A DNA stretch of 64,000 nucleotides, taken from the NCBI GenBank assembly GCA_002633005.1, contig NMRA01000206.1, forward strand, positions 207,250 through 271,249, in the 5' to 3' direction. Positions within the stretch are counted from its first letter, which is position 1; every line of letters begins with the position of its first letter. Under the pieces are notes generated by a model. That model worked only from the letters and a program-made list of their open reading frames with translations, was not told the origin of the DNA and made no database searches. This document shows, piece after piece, positions 50,801-60,975 of this stretch. The translations under genes were made by a program, and so were the position numbers. Origin of the DNA: Phoronis australis (Eukaryota; Animalia; Phoronida).

Positions 50801-52210
50801 GACTCATTGAGTGTCCCTGTTTGAAGCCAGATGAATTAGGACAATGAAAATTAATCATTTATGGCAAAATGCTTTGATAATTCACTTTTGGCTGTTACCT
50901 AATTCCCCGTGGTGTTGAGATTAAACATTCTGTAGAGTATTTTTCGGTGAGTAATTGGTACCTATGTAAATAGGTGTGTTATTCAGCTTCTTTATGGGCA
51001 GTGAGGTGAAATACAGATTCCAATTTGTAGCTTATAAAGTTGCAAACCTTTGAGGAGCATGTGCCACCATACCAGCTTTTCAGTAGACCGGCGTCCCGCC
51101 CTAGATTTTGGCATTGAATTCACCAACCATTACCGAATAGATATTCCAGTGGTGTGACCTAGAAACGGCGGTGTGGCGTCAGCAGCTGTAGAATATAGGC
51201 CAAGGTGGTTGGTCAAGATTCTCCATTCTGCATTCGGCAGAACGAAGGTCAGTTTCCTAAAGCATATAATTTTCGTGGTCACTTGACATTGATTTTGATG
51301 CGCGAAAGTACGAGATTTATTAACTTCATCCGTTCACCTGCCGCGTGTGACATCTATGGGGAACTCTGCTGAGACCGCGGCATGAATAGTTTAGTGCACG
51401 CTTATGTTGGCTTATGCAGTAAATGACCTGTCTGTCGGATTCGTTGTTGTTGTTACTACTATACCTTCTACAGCACCGAACCCGAACAGTAGGAACTGTG
51501 TAAGAATACAAGATAGCAGTAAGTCCGTAAAGACAACATAAATGTGACCGATGGAATGTACATTATCGGAGAAACTTTACGACAGTTTCCAAAAGGTAAC
51601 GACGACATTCTCCGATTATGGCATCGAGACGAAATCAACATCGTAAAGCGCACACTCACCAGCTGTGTCCGTTTTTAATTGGTGAGCATTTCCAATAATC
51701 GGGAGGTCAGGCGGTCCGCCAATACTGTCGATGATGGATTTCCACTTCAGAAACTTAATTGTTCTCCATAACAGTGCGATTATGACGAGGGGTACAGCGC
51801 AAAACAGAGCGAGAAACGTCGACATTCTGTTTCACTGTCTGTCCGTTGAGTAGACTGCGTGACCTCAGTGCAACCTCGGCGCCAATATGTAATAGGTCAG
51901 TGTTTGATCTCATCGATAAGCAGAGGGACGAGAGCTTACAGTACANATTATCGGAGAAACTTTACGATAGTTTCCAAAAGGTAACGACGACATTCTCCGA
52001 TTATGGCATCGAGACGAAATCAACATCGTAAAGCGCACACTCACCAGCTGTGTCCGTTTTTAATTGGTGAGCATTTCCAATAATCGGGAGGTCAGGCGGC
52101 CCGCCAATACTGTCGATGATGGATTTCCACTTCAGAAACTTAATTGTTCTCCATAACAGTGCGATTATGACGAGGGGTACAGCGCAAAACAGAGCGAGAA
52201 ACGTCGACAT
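35692..52210 (-). CDS. CYP4V2-like: Cytochrome P450 clan 4 (CYP4V-like), 12 coding exons, 509 aa
   Basis: N-terminal anchor and [23 protein letters not shown] (C-helix); EETDTFMFEGHDT (CYP4 I-helix); ESLR (ExxR); FDPDRF; FAAGPRNCIGQ heme motif. Exon lengths 166,113,86,191,70,127,201,103,68,67,180,158 sum to 1530 nt with consistent phases. Confidence 0.95.
36969..37148 (-). CDS. CYP4V-like exon 11 (GNIFVPCGT...FDPDRF...FAAGPRNCI)
   Basis: PERF-type and heme-Cys motifs; tttttcAG acceptor, G|GTAAGT donor. Confidence 0.95.
37519..37585 (-). CDS. CYP4V-like exon 10 (ESLRLFPSVAMIGRTMTEDAQL), ending at a GC donor
   Basis: ExxR motif; cacAG acceptor; CTGG|GCAAGT donor required by the phase of the next exon. 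Confidence 0.9.
38112..38265. mobile_element. MITE family B (CAGGGGCGGATCC / CAGTGGCG ends, 5-bp TSD)
   Basis: Reverse complement of the 53830 copy; flanks GCAAT / ACAAT. Confidence 0.8.
38516..38583 (-). CDS. CYP4V-like exon 9 (GSSERSVTTPDLSKMKYLECTIK)
   Basis: DLxxMKYLExxIK; atttAG acceptor, AAG|GTAAGT donor. Confidence 0.92.
38740..38779. repeat. 40-bp near-perfect palindrome centred on an RFX X-box-like GTTGCTATAGCAAC
   Basis: CTTACATTTCGTTGTTGCTA|TAGCAACAACGACATGTAAG, one mismatched pair. Confidence 0.75.
39388..39535. mobile_element. MITE family C, two tandem sub-units
   Basis: Two copies of AGGGG..TG.GGGG..TA..TAGC...TTTT.TCAGTGCTGCG.CGCCCA. Confidence 0.55.
40697..40799 (-). CDS. 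CYP4V-like exon 8 (GHDTVTAATCFAIHCIGRNPDVQKKLLKEMDDIF)
   Basis: I/J helix; cttccAG acceptor, G|GTAATG donor. Confidence 0.93.
41151..41737. mobile_element. MITE family A copy 3 (CYP intron 7)
   Basis: TTCGCTGGTTCCGTGCG...GAGAACCAGAG with homologous body; degenerate flanks TCCGAAAGCT / TCTGAAGCC. Confidence 0.85.
42500..42700 (-). CDS. CYP4V-like exon 7 (VIKERQ...RKRMAFLDMLL...EETDTFMFE)
   Basis: AFLDxLL and ExxDTFMFE; tgcAG acceptor, GAA|GTAAGG donor. Confidence 0.95.
43360..43486 (-). CDS. CYP4V-like exon 6 (LGDVITQRWRMPWKQPDALF...GFTRK)
   Basis: RxxxPW motif; tgtcAG acceptor, AAG|GTGTGT donor. Confidence 0.92.
44090..44206. mobile_element. Small TIR MITE
   Basis: CCCTTCCTACACAT / ATGTGTAGATAGGG inverted ends. 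Confidence 0.45.
44390..44459 (-). CDS. CYP4V-like exon 5 (ESAMGCHLDTQSACNKDYVKAIA)
   Basis: ExAMG motif; gtttcAG acceptor, GA|GTAAGT donor. Confidence 0.92.
45069..45259 (-). CDS. CYP4V-like exon 4 ([24 protein letters not shown]...LCSLDIIC)
   Basis: WxxxR motif; caacAG acceptor, G|GTGAGC donor. Confidence 0.95.
46322..46432. mobile_element. Foldback MITE / long hairpin (CYP intron 3)
   Basis: CACATCACGAATTTCTGTCCGACCGGTCGG pairs with CCAACCGGTCGGACAAAAATTCGTGATGTG; inner CGACCGG/CCGGTCG stem. Confidence 0.75.
46700..46785 (-). CDS. CYP4V-like exon 3 (ALMGSNKLITKAREYKFIRPWLNDGLLTS)
   Basis: tttttcAG acceptor, AG|GTATTA donor; YKFxxPWLxxGLLTS. Confidence 0.92.
47532..47644 (-). CDS. CYP4V-like exon 2 (DFFRQMFDFATEFNRNKAFRLWMGPKPMVFVFGSDIYE)
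   Basis: tttttcAG acceptor, GAG|GTACTT donor; LWxGP motif; not in the ORF track in this frame. Confidence 0.9.
48832..48995. mobile_element. Small TIR MITE
   Basis: CACGGAAGCTTCGGTGAGTG / CACTGATCGAAACTTCCGTG inverted pair. Confidence 0.55.
50289..51243. mobile_element. Old TIR element with about 90-bp diverged inverted ends (CYP intron 1)
   Basis: GCAGAATGAAGAATCTTGACCAAGCAC near 50302 versus GTGGTTGGTCAAGATTCTCCATTCTGC near 51205. Confidence 0.6.
51660..51825 (-). CDS. CYP4V-like exon 1, second copy contiguous with intron 1 (probable assembly duplicate)
   Basis: Identical peptide, 385 bp offset, separated by the single N at 51946. Confidence 0.8.
52045..52210 (-). CDS. CYP4V-like exon 1, copy contiguous with the upstream promoter side (MSTFLALF...KTDTA)
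   Basis: ATG, signal anchor, proline hinge; GCTG|GTGAGT donor. Confidence 0.85.
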
Positions 52211-52494
52211 TCTGTTTCACTGTCTGTCCGTTGAGTAGACTGCGTGACCTCAGGGCAACCTCGGCGCCAATATGTAATAGGTCAGTGTTTGATCTCATCG
52301 ATAAGCAGAGGGACGAGAGCTTACAGTACATGTACATGTATGCCCAAAAACGAGCACATAAAATTATTAGAGCCTGCGACACAAGTGGGTTTCTGGCGGG
52401 TGGCGGAGAAGCAGGATTCACGAATAGAAAAGAATATATAATAGACCAATCTCCACTATTAAAGTAAATAACACGTCTATAACTTAAGCACAAC

Positions 52495-53220
52495 ACTACA
52501 AATTCTTAGGAATACACATTGGATACATGTAATGTACATGGAATGTACCAAAATCGGAAACCGAAAACAAAATTTATAAATAAAATGAGTTTTATTTAAG
52601 ATCAAACACTATTTTCCCAGTCACATCTTACAACATTAATATATAAATCTCTCGGTTTATCTTGAATCACATATGGAATAAATGTTTGGACACTTGGAGA
52701 TTGCACAAAAATAAATGTTTCAAAATACGAAATGCCAATAATTCTCCGTTTCTTAGTCACACATGACCAATTTTCAAAACTTTACAATATATAGGATATA
52801 TTTACATTATCGTGCTTAAAGTTTTAGTACAAATATAAGAACAAAATGCTCCCTAGATACTTTCACAACATAGAATTCATCTAAGAATATCGGCCACTTT
52901 GAGAAAATATACACAGAACAACACCATCACACTACAATTTCCAGGTTACATTACTAATAATCCAAACTATCGACCATCACATACTGTGAATTTCATGTTG
53001 CATATACATGTACATATGGATAATAGTTATCACTGGTAACCAGTCTCTAGCGGTTTATAGGTTGGTTGGTAACCAAATCAGGTTGCATGAATTATGCCGT
53101 TTCAATGAAAAGAAATATGTACACACAACAGTCATTGTTGTATTGCTGTTTGTATAATTTTACGGTCTTTCATATATTATTCCTTGTTTCGTATTGTACT
53201 GTACATTTGTATATGATTAC
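52495..53220 (+). mobile_element. Decayed non-LTR retrotransposon (L2/Crack/CR1 group) ORF2 3' fragment
   Basis: Broken frames read YKFLGIHI...LFKIKHYFPSHIL...IYKSL...ITYGINVW...SHT*PIFKTL...DIFTLSCLKF*YKYKNKMLPRYFHN, typical of the post-RT region of this LINE group. Confidence 0.7.
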
Positions 53221-53829
53221 TTAAAAAGTTCTCCCTCTACCCCCACCCCCCTTCCCCCTCCCCCTCCACCTTCCCCCTCTCGCTCCCTCCTCCTCCACCT
53301 CTCGCCTAATGACTTTTTGTTACGTCTTTTGGTAAATGTGTCAAAAGTACACGCGAAGTGTTGTCTTGTGGACGTAATGAGCGGGATTCCGTTCCGCTAA
53401 AGTGATTTCGAAGAAATTGCTGAAAATATTGACAAACGAGTACTCGGAAAAAATGAACGCTGTACTGAACAAATTATGTCAGACCAACATACTTGGCGGA
53501 ATTCTGGGAATTCCGCCAAGTAATTATGGAAACCTGTATTAAATAAAACCACAGAAAATCAACCATTCTCTACTTGAATCCCCAAATATGCCAAACGTTC
53601 ACATAAAATTGTCCCTGTCAACACCAAACACGTTTCTTGCCCACATGCGCTCGGCTAGCGCTGTAGGGGGGTTCACAAGGGTCGTAACTTGAAATGACAT
53701 AACCTCATTTACGCTGACAACAACGTAGAAATTTTTGTTGCAAATAAGTTATAGGGCTTGGCCAAGCACGGTGTAAAGCGCCACACTCCAAACACATCTA
53801 CGCTGCACAATGTACTTCATTTGCCTTGC

Positions 53830-53994
53830 CAGGGGCGGATCCAGGATTTTTAGTTAGGGGGACAGTGCATAGTATTAGCCAGGATTTTGCTCGTCAGACA
53901 TTCGCACCCCACCCCCCACCCCAATTGCCAAATGGCATCTGGGAGATTTTTAGGGGGGCATGGCCCCCTTGGCCCAGCTCTAAATTCGCCACTG
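53830..53994. mobile_element. MITE family B copy
   Basis: CAGGGGCGGATCC...TTCGCCACTG with perfect CTTGC flanks. Confidence 0.85.
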
Positions 53995-56900
53995 CTTGCA
54001 CATTGAGTAAGGATGGCAATAATGTTTCGATTTGCGCGAATTGTAGTCCAGTATAATTTGAACTGCAAAGACTTATTGGCAGATATGTTCCGTGTCCAGT
54101 ATTGATATTCTTGCATAGTTAAGTTTTGATCTATTAGTACTACCAGTGCTGTAGTGGTAAAATTAGAGGTAAGTAGGCGCCCAAAGCCCACCGTATCACC
54201 TTGAGCTCTTCGGTGCATAGGCACTACGTTCAAATGCCAAAAGGTGGTTGGCTGCGCCTACGTGCGCCTACGCCCCACTACTCACTGAGTACTGCTGAGC
54301 CCTAGAGTTGTTTCCCTCACACTGTTTACACGGCACCAAAATGTGTGGTGTCACCGTATGTTTACGAGCCGACGGACAACGGCACCAAAATCCATTTGAG
54401 AATATAGACAGGAAAACTGTAGAGGAAATCCCTCCGCGTAACGACCTAACACCAGTGCCTGAGTTTGGACAAGGTTCTAGTTCAGTTTCCACAAGGAATG
54501 CGCTGATATGCCGCAAAATGTGTTAATTACGTAAAATGAAACAACCATCAAGACGTCCATAACCCTGCAGTTAAACAATTAAATCGCGTCAGGATCTTCG
54601 ACCCAATTACTTAATGAATCCCAAAAAGCGCAAAAGTGGCAAAAATGCAGATCAGTTTGCAGTACTTCATTTGGGAAGTGTGAAAAGTGAAAACTGAGCA
54701 AGTATACCAATTTGTTAAAGTTCGAAGACTGCGACGTTGTAATAGCGAATGTGCAAATCCGCCATCTTGAATTTGCCGCCGCAGTTGCATTAAGGGAAAT
54801 GTATGCCTCTATCGCTTGACAACCGATTGTGTACAGGGTTGCCGGGTGTTGTTGTAACGAATGTTTAGCACAGAAGCGGTCAATAAAGTTATTTTATTTG
54901 AATCCTTATCCAAAAATTAATACCAAACGAAAACCTAGTGCAGGAAGCATGCAACTGCATTTTATTATAGAAATATTTTGGAAATGAATGAAGTCAACGT
55001 TGCCGCACCCCAGCTCCGTCGACTGTGACTCCGGGGCCTTGTCTGCAATCTCCGTTAGGCTCATACTCATACTCGAGATTTCATACTTAAAATCGTGCTC
55101 ACTGGAGTCGTAGGCCTACTCGAAAAAGCATATTTAATGTCACATTTCGAGTAGACTCCAAACGCGTACTAAAATGTGAGAATCGTACTCGAGTTGCTAG
55201 GGAACTCCTCAGTTATGATGTGACTGCAAAACCACGAAAAGTCGCCCTGATTCAGCGCTCCCTATATTCGCATCGACTACCCTAGCAACTATGTTATCGT
55301 CAGCTCTCGCTACTGACATTTACAGGAGTATAACGTTGAATGCTGAGTGTTCAGTAACTGTTCAATACAATATTATCCTACCATTTCTTGATACATTTGC
55401 CAATTATTAAGCTTTACTTCTTGAGTTGCTTATCTCGCCGGAAAATGTCTCAAAAAATTTGAAACAAAGTCAGTCGGCCGGAGCGAAGCAGCCAAAACCT
55501 CAGTGTCTGATTTAGTCAGGGGTCATTCTCCCCGGCCTACACTTGACTCATTAAAGGCCTATGGTCCGAGTTATAGAAGAAAAAGACCTCTTAACGCCGT
55601 TAAAGCCGGTTTTTGATGTGACATGGAGTTCAAAAAGTTATTAACTTTCAACTTGTGCAAAAAGTTTGAAAAAAATCGTAAATACTACAAACGAATGAAA
55701 TGTTTACAAAGAATTTAGTATCCGTGGTGCTAAATAGATTATTAACATTACAACAACGCATGCGCAGCCACAAATCTAGAGGTCAACAGAATTTATACAA
55801 ATAGCGGGGAGAAGTAGGTCTATGAAGTGTACGTCCGAAGGCGAAACGCAGTCGTCCTGCTCTACGAGATTCAGAAAAAGACGTGTTAGCCAGTACAAAA
55901 AGCGGCATTACCAACAAACCGTGTACATGTAAGCGACTCGTTCGATAGGTGAGAAACAATGAGGACAAGACTGAATGTTCGAACTCGTGAAGGTTTTACA
56001 TTACAACAAATGAACAATACCAGGCTTTCGATGGACAAGTATAAGTCCGTAAGTGTACTGTTTGTGAAATGTTCAATGACTCGTATACACGGTTAGAGCA
56101 TTCACTCAGTGATGGGTGACTGATCTCAGTCAGCATACATCGGACCCGGATCATTTTGAAGAGCCTCAATTCGATCAGCTGTTCAGTTTTTGTTCTAATA
56201 CTACTAGTAGTAGTGCTGATTCACGCTAACCCGGACTAGTTACACCATGTTAGTGTTTTAACATGTAGTTAAAACTGGTAAGGCCCTTTCATTCTAACGT
56301 CGACATGGCGATGTTTTGGGGAGTTGCAGTCAGTATGGAGGGTTAACTTCGGTCCTTAGTGAATCGAAGTTAACTGTGGCAGTTGACTTCACAGTAGACA
56401 AGCGGAGCGTCGATGCTGTGGTGTACGGTAGTATGAATGATCAACTTCGGTTACATCGAAGAAGTTATTGTCAGGGGCCACTGCTATCATCGACAATTAC
56501 AGGGTAATGTCGTCGCTAAAAGCTGCTCATATTTTCCTCGAGTAGTCACTAATCGAATTAGAAATAGGTTTTTGTGTCCATTAGCACATGTCAATGTTCC
56601 CAAATTATCACATTAAAAAATCCTGGTGTACAAGTGTTGCATCTGCACTACGTTGCGATTACTTCGATGACAACATCATCAGCTACAGTTTACTTAGACT
56701 TCCAAAGCCGGTAAAAATGGTTCGATTAACTTTCCAGTTTATGTCGACACTCTGCTCACACCGAAATTAAGTACAAAAGGGCTTTTAGATCGATTTCAAC
56801 TAGCAGAACAATGTGGCAGGTGGTGTAAAGAATTGTGGCGGGAGACGGGGGGATGTTTGTAGGACGTGTTAGGGACTTCACCTGGCCACGCCAATAGTTT

Positions 56901-57011
56901 TCTTAGAAAGCTCATATCAGTGTTGGCCGTAATGAGTACAGTGGGGGGTGGGGGATAAGTCTTGGTCAAGATGTCTATACTTGAGAATGTCTTATTAGTT
57001 TTGCTTTACAG

Positions 57012-58755
57012 AGATTAGACTATGGGCTTTAACATAAGCCTTAATTTTCATCAATTATAAGTCTCTTAAGTCGCTGTCAGTTTAGAATAATGCTGTCTCA
57101 GCTACAAACTTTGCCTTCAGGTAATTAAATCAAAGTTCTTTTTTGCATAAAGGTGTGACAAATTGACTGAAAGTACATTAAATCTTGTGATTGCTCCTTG
57201 TAAAGTGAGTCAAATTGTATTTAAGCCCTCCTTCATCATCTGTACTTTCAGAATGAGTGGTTTATACAACGCCCTCTACAAACTTGTTTGCAAGAGTCCC
57301 AGACTGGTCATCACCTGAAGAAACCCTGAGGTATTGTTTCATTCATTTCCTTAATATCTCATGGAGTTACATTTCACATTTTATTCAACTCACAATCCTA
57401 ACCAAAGATATCACTGTTTTGTTTACAGTATTTAAACATGCCTTGTTTAAAGCCTGTTCAATTTCTATTCAGGGATTCACCCAGGATTTCGAAAATATGG
57501 TGTCCAAAATGGGATTCCCAATATTTCAGAGTGTCCGTGATTCCGACAACGCATTACCCCTACCACCGTGCTGTGCACCAGCAACCCCCACACTGATTTT
57601 TTTACAAAAATACATAGATCAAAGCGTTTACATCTGCGTTTTCAAAATAACCCCCTGTAGCGAGCTTTTTTTACTAAAAAAATGCTTGGACCTAGACTTT
57701 TACACCTAAACTTATGAATACAGCCAAGCAGCTTACCAGACAAATATTAGAGGTATTTTTGAAGGATGAGTGCACTTGGCAGATGATGGTGTCACTGCTG
57801 TTCCATATTAAAACATGGAAATGCACATTGAAATGCAGGAAGCAGTGTTTCATTTGACTTATTTATATTAGGTTTGTGTAAACCTTACTTTAGTGTGAAG
57901 TTTTTATTCTAACGTATCTGTGCTTTGGAGGATGTCCAGTTGAGCAAAGAACATTTGTAATGTAACTAATTTGCATGTGAAAATTTTCAACTCGCTTACA
58001 ACTGTAGTATAAATGCAAGCTAACTCCAGCTGCTGGTTGAAATTCTGTGCATCATATTTGGTGTGGGGAGCAATTATGATTTCTAAAAACCTTATTTTGA
58101 AAATTTGCCCTTTTACGATTCCATCTGTCGATTCAATGTCACTGTTTCAGATTCATAGATACATGTCTGAGTTCTCAGTGTAGAGGCCTCAGAATAAATT
58201 TTAAACTGAATGTCTTCTTACAAATGCCACAATTGTCATCTTACAGGGATTCAGAGCTGTTGTTCACCGTTGTCCTTATCTTCTTTGTCACCTGCATCCT
58301 CACAATCTGGATCAAAGGTTTGTGTCTGCTCTTGTAAAGACTCTATGCTCTATTGGAATTTAAAGTAGATATAGGCATGCCTTATGTCACGAAAACCAAC
58401 TGTTTATTTAGACCATGTACCATTAGTATGATATTGATCTCGAATTGTTCCTTGATAAAAATAAGGTGTGAAGTTTGGGCTTGAAAATCTCCAGCAATTT
58501 GTTACTATTTGAGAGTTTCTTTAGGTTGACGTGTCACAGCATGCCATTTCATTCACCTGACATGGTCAAAACCATAATGAACTGACAGTTCTTTGCAAGA
58601 CCAAAACTTATTTCTCATCTGAATGAGGAAAGTGGTTAAAATCAAAAGTTAAGTTGCGCGGATAACAGGGTTTATAGCCGCAGAAATTTTTCTGTGAAAA
58701 TGCAACTCTATTTTCTCTCAATGTAGGTTTCTTACTGCTTGTTAAAAGACGATAA
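57012..58755 (+). other. Spliced locus (candidate exons 57012-57120, 57252-57330, 58247-58317, 58727 onward): lncRNA or micropeptide gene
   Basis: Chain of polypyrimidine-AG / GT-bounded short segments in a CpG-poor domain; the spliced frame gives a hydrophobic stretch ending KRR*. Confidence 0.3.
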
Positions 58756-59024
58756 TAGTATGACTGGCTGCTGAGTAGCAGTTGGGACATAACCATGTTG
58801 CCATGAGTTTAATTTCTTGTCTTGGAACTCTAGGATCCACTTAAACCATAAAGTGGCAATGGCCATCAAAAGTTATCATGATGCGAACGATAATAGTATG
58901 ACCGGCTGCTGAGTAGCACTTGGGACATAACCATGTTGCCATGAGTTCAATTTCTTGTCTTGGGACTCTAGGATCCACTTAAACCATAAAGTGGCAATGG
59001 CCATCAAAAGTTATCATGATGCGA
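58749..59024. repeat. Tandem duplication, 2 x 138 bp
   Basis: ACGATAATAGTATGAC...GATGCGA twice, four substitutions, no N. Confidence 0.9.
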
Positions 59025-60099
59025 TGAAGATTTGGCAATACGTGCATTAGTTCCTGCACCATCTTTCTAACTTGCAACCTCTCACACTTGTTGATACTAG
59101 CATTCCGTTGGAGGTATAGATACAGTTATCATTACTTGTACCCAATGGTGGTTTTCTTTGGACTGTATTTTTGGTTTTAGTGTTTCAGTGCTCAATTATA
59201 TTGTAACTTTTCACAATATTTTACACTTACAGGCTACATAGGTACTTCAGTGAGAAATCTAAGAGTAACGCTGTCAAGGATTAAGAAAGGTCTATACTCC
59301 AGTGCCACCGGTGTCCATAATTAGCAGATGCTTGAGAGGAAAACAAGGCGTGCACAAACTTGACACATGACTTCCAGGGGCCACCCAGTTCATTGCCTTA
59401 ACGATCAATGGTTTTGCAATGACAACAAATGTTATTTGATCTATCAAAAGAACTATCACTGCTTCAGTGAACATTTGACTCTGATTTTAAAGTTACCTTT
59501 GCATAGTAGCTTGACGTGGATATAGACTCTTGTCAATACAAAAGGACACGGCTATATTTTTTATCTTACTAATTTACCGTACAGCACATAAATCTGACAT
59601 TCTACTTTTTATATATGTAAACCAACAATCCTTGATCACTGTTTGCTTACATTTGACTCCAAAACTGTGATACAGTACCTGCTTTTTAATTGAAGTGCTC
59701 ATGTAACTTGGTTTATGTTGAGTCTATCAACAGTCATCATCTGCTTTTGTTGGTCCACGTGGTTGTGCGAATTGACTACGTAATTAATATAAATGTGTCC
59801 ATGACTTCAAACATATTTCAATTAATTGCATGACATGCTTCAACTCTTGTTTGCATTTACATTTCTGTTGTGTTGAGAATTACTGCAGTGAAATGCATTT
59901 GATGTTATACAGGTTAAACTTCGGCAGTGAAAATCCATTTTGTTTGTTAATGTGATTATGTCTTTGCTGTTAAAGCTGCTATGAACCTGCCTTCCTTCAA
60001 TTAAACCAACTCTTTATTGTGACTATTTATTGTCTTGGCCCATTCCTTACTCAAAGTACAAGTGATTCCTGGAATTAGAAAGAACTGACAGTTTGTTAT

Positions 60100-60458
60100 A
60101 GCTCCAACCTCAGTTTATCAAGTTGCCTTGAAACAGCTTGTCATTTTCTGTAGGTGAATTTGTTACAAGCCAAGAAACCCATCCTCAGCTGGGTAAAGAA
60201 AATTACTGATAGGAGGTCTGATGCGGAAAATGGTATAAATTAAAAGTTACTTTATTGTTGATGGAATGTTGGTTTGTAAAGCTCGAACCTCAGTTTATCA
60301 AGTTGCCTTGAAACAGCTTGTCATTTTCTGTAGGTGAATTTGTTACAAGCCAAGAAACTCATCCTCAGCTGGGTAAAGAAACTTACTGATAGGAGGTCTG
60401 ATGCGGAAAATGGTATAAATTAAAAGTTACTTTATTGTTGATGGAATGTTGGTTTGTA
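60100..60458. repeat. Tandem duplication, 2 x 180 bp
   Basis: AGCTC.AACCTCAG...GGTTTGTA twice, no N. Confidence 0.9.
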
Positions 60459-60639
60459 GCAACGTTACCAGTTCTGTTTCATTACATTAAGTCTTCATCC
60501 GATTTTCAGTATGAAACTAAGAAATGGTATTGGGCATAAATTTTGTTTATTAGTACCCCAAAGAAATCACATTTATCTGAGTACTAAGAAGTAGACAAAA
60601 CAAATATGCATTAGACACATAACATGTACACCCTGATGA

Positions 60640-60975
60640 CAATCACAGCTGGTGATACCCACCACCCCAGTGAGTATGGACACAGCAAGTTGAATACAAT
60701 GCCCTCATCCTCAGATATACTTATGTGAAGCTGAAAAAAATCAAACCACATTAATTTTGAGTTGTAGTTTAAACATGACCTCAACATGAAGGGGAATGTT
60801 GTTTTATGGCAATCACAGCTGGTGATACCCACCACCCCAGTGAGTATGGACACAGCAAGTTGAATACAATGCCCTCATCCTCAGATATACTTATGTGAGG
60901 CTGAAAAAAATCAAACCACATTAATTTTGAGTTGTAGTTTATACATGACCTCAACATGAAGGGGAATGTTGTTTT
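60640..60975. repeat. Tandem duplication, 2 x 170 bp
   Basis: CAATCACAGCTGGTGATACC...GAATGTTGTTTT twice, no N. Confidence 0.9.

Larger units (their letters stand above)
51562..52330. repeat. 384-bp direct duplication across the N at 51946, including CYP exon 1 (probable assembly overlap)
   Basis: 51562-51945 versus 51947-52330; three substitutions seen. Confidence 0.9.

Noticed and set aside
51616-52210. True tandem duplication or alternative first exons of the CYP gene
   Set aside because: Duplication edges fall exactly on the N join, with allele-level divergence
53194-53400. Polyproline ORF
   Set aside because: C/T-rich low-complexity tract
57915-57956. H/ACA snoRNA hairpin ending in ACA
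   Set aside because: Hairpin too short, and no H box or second hairpin identified
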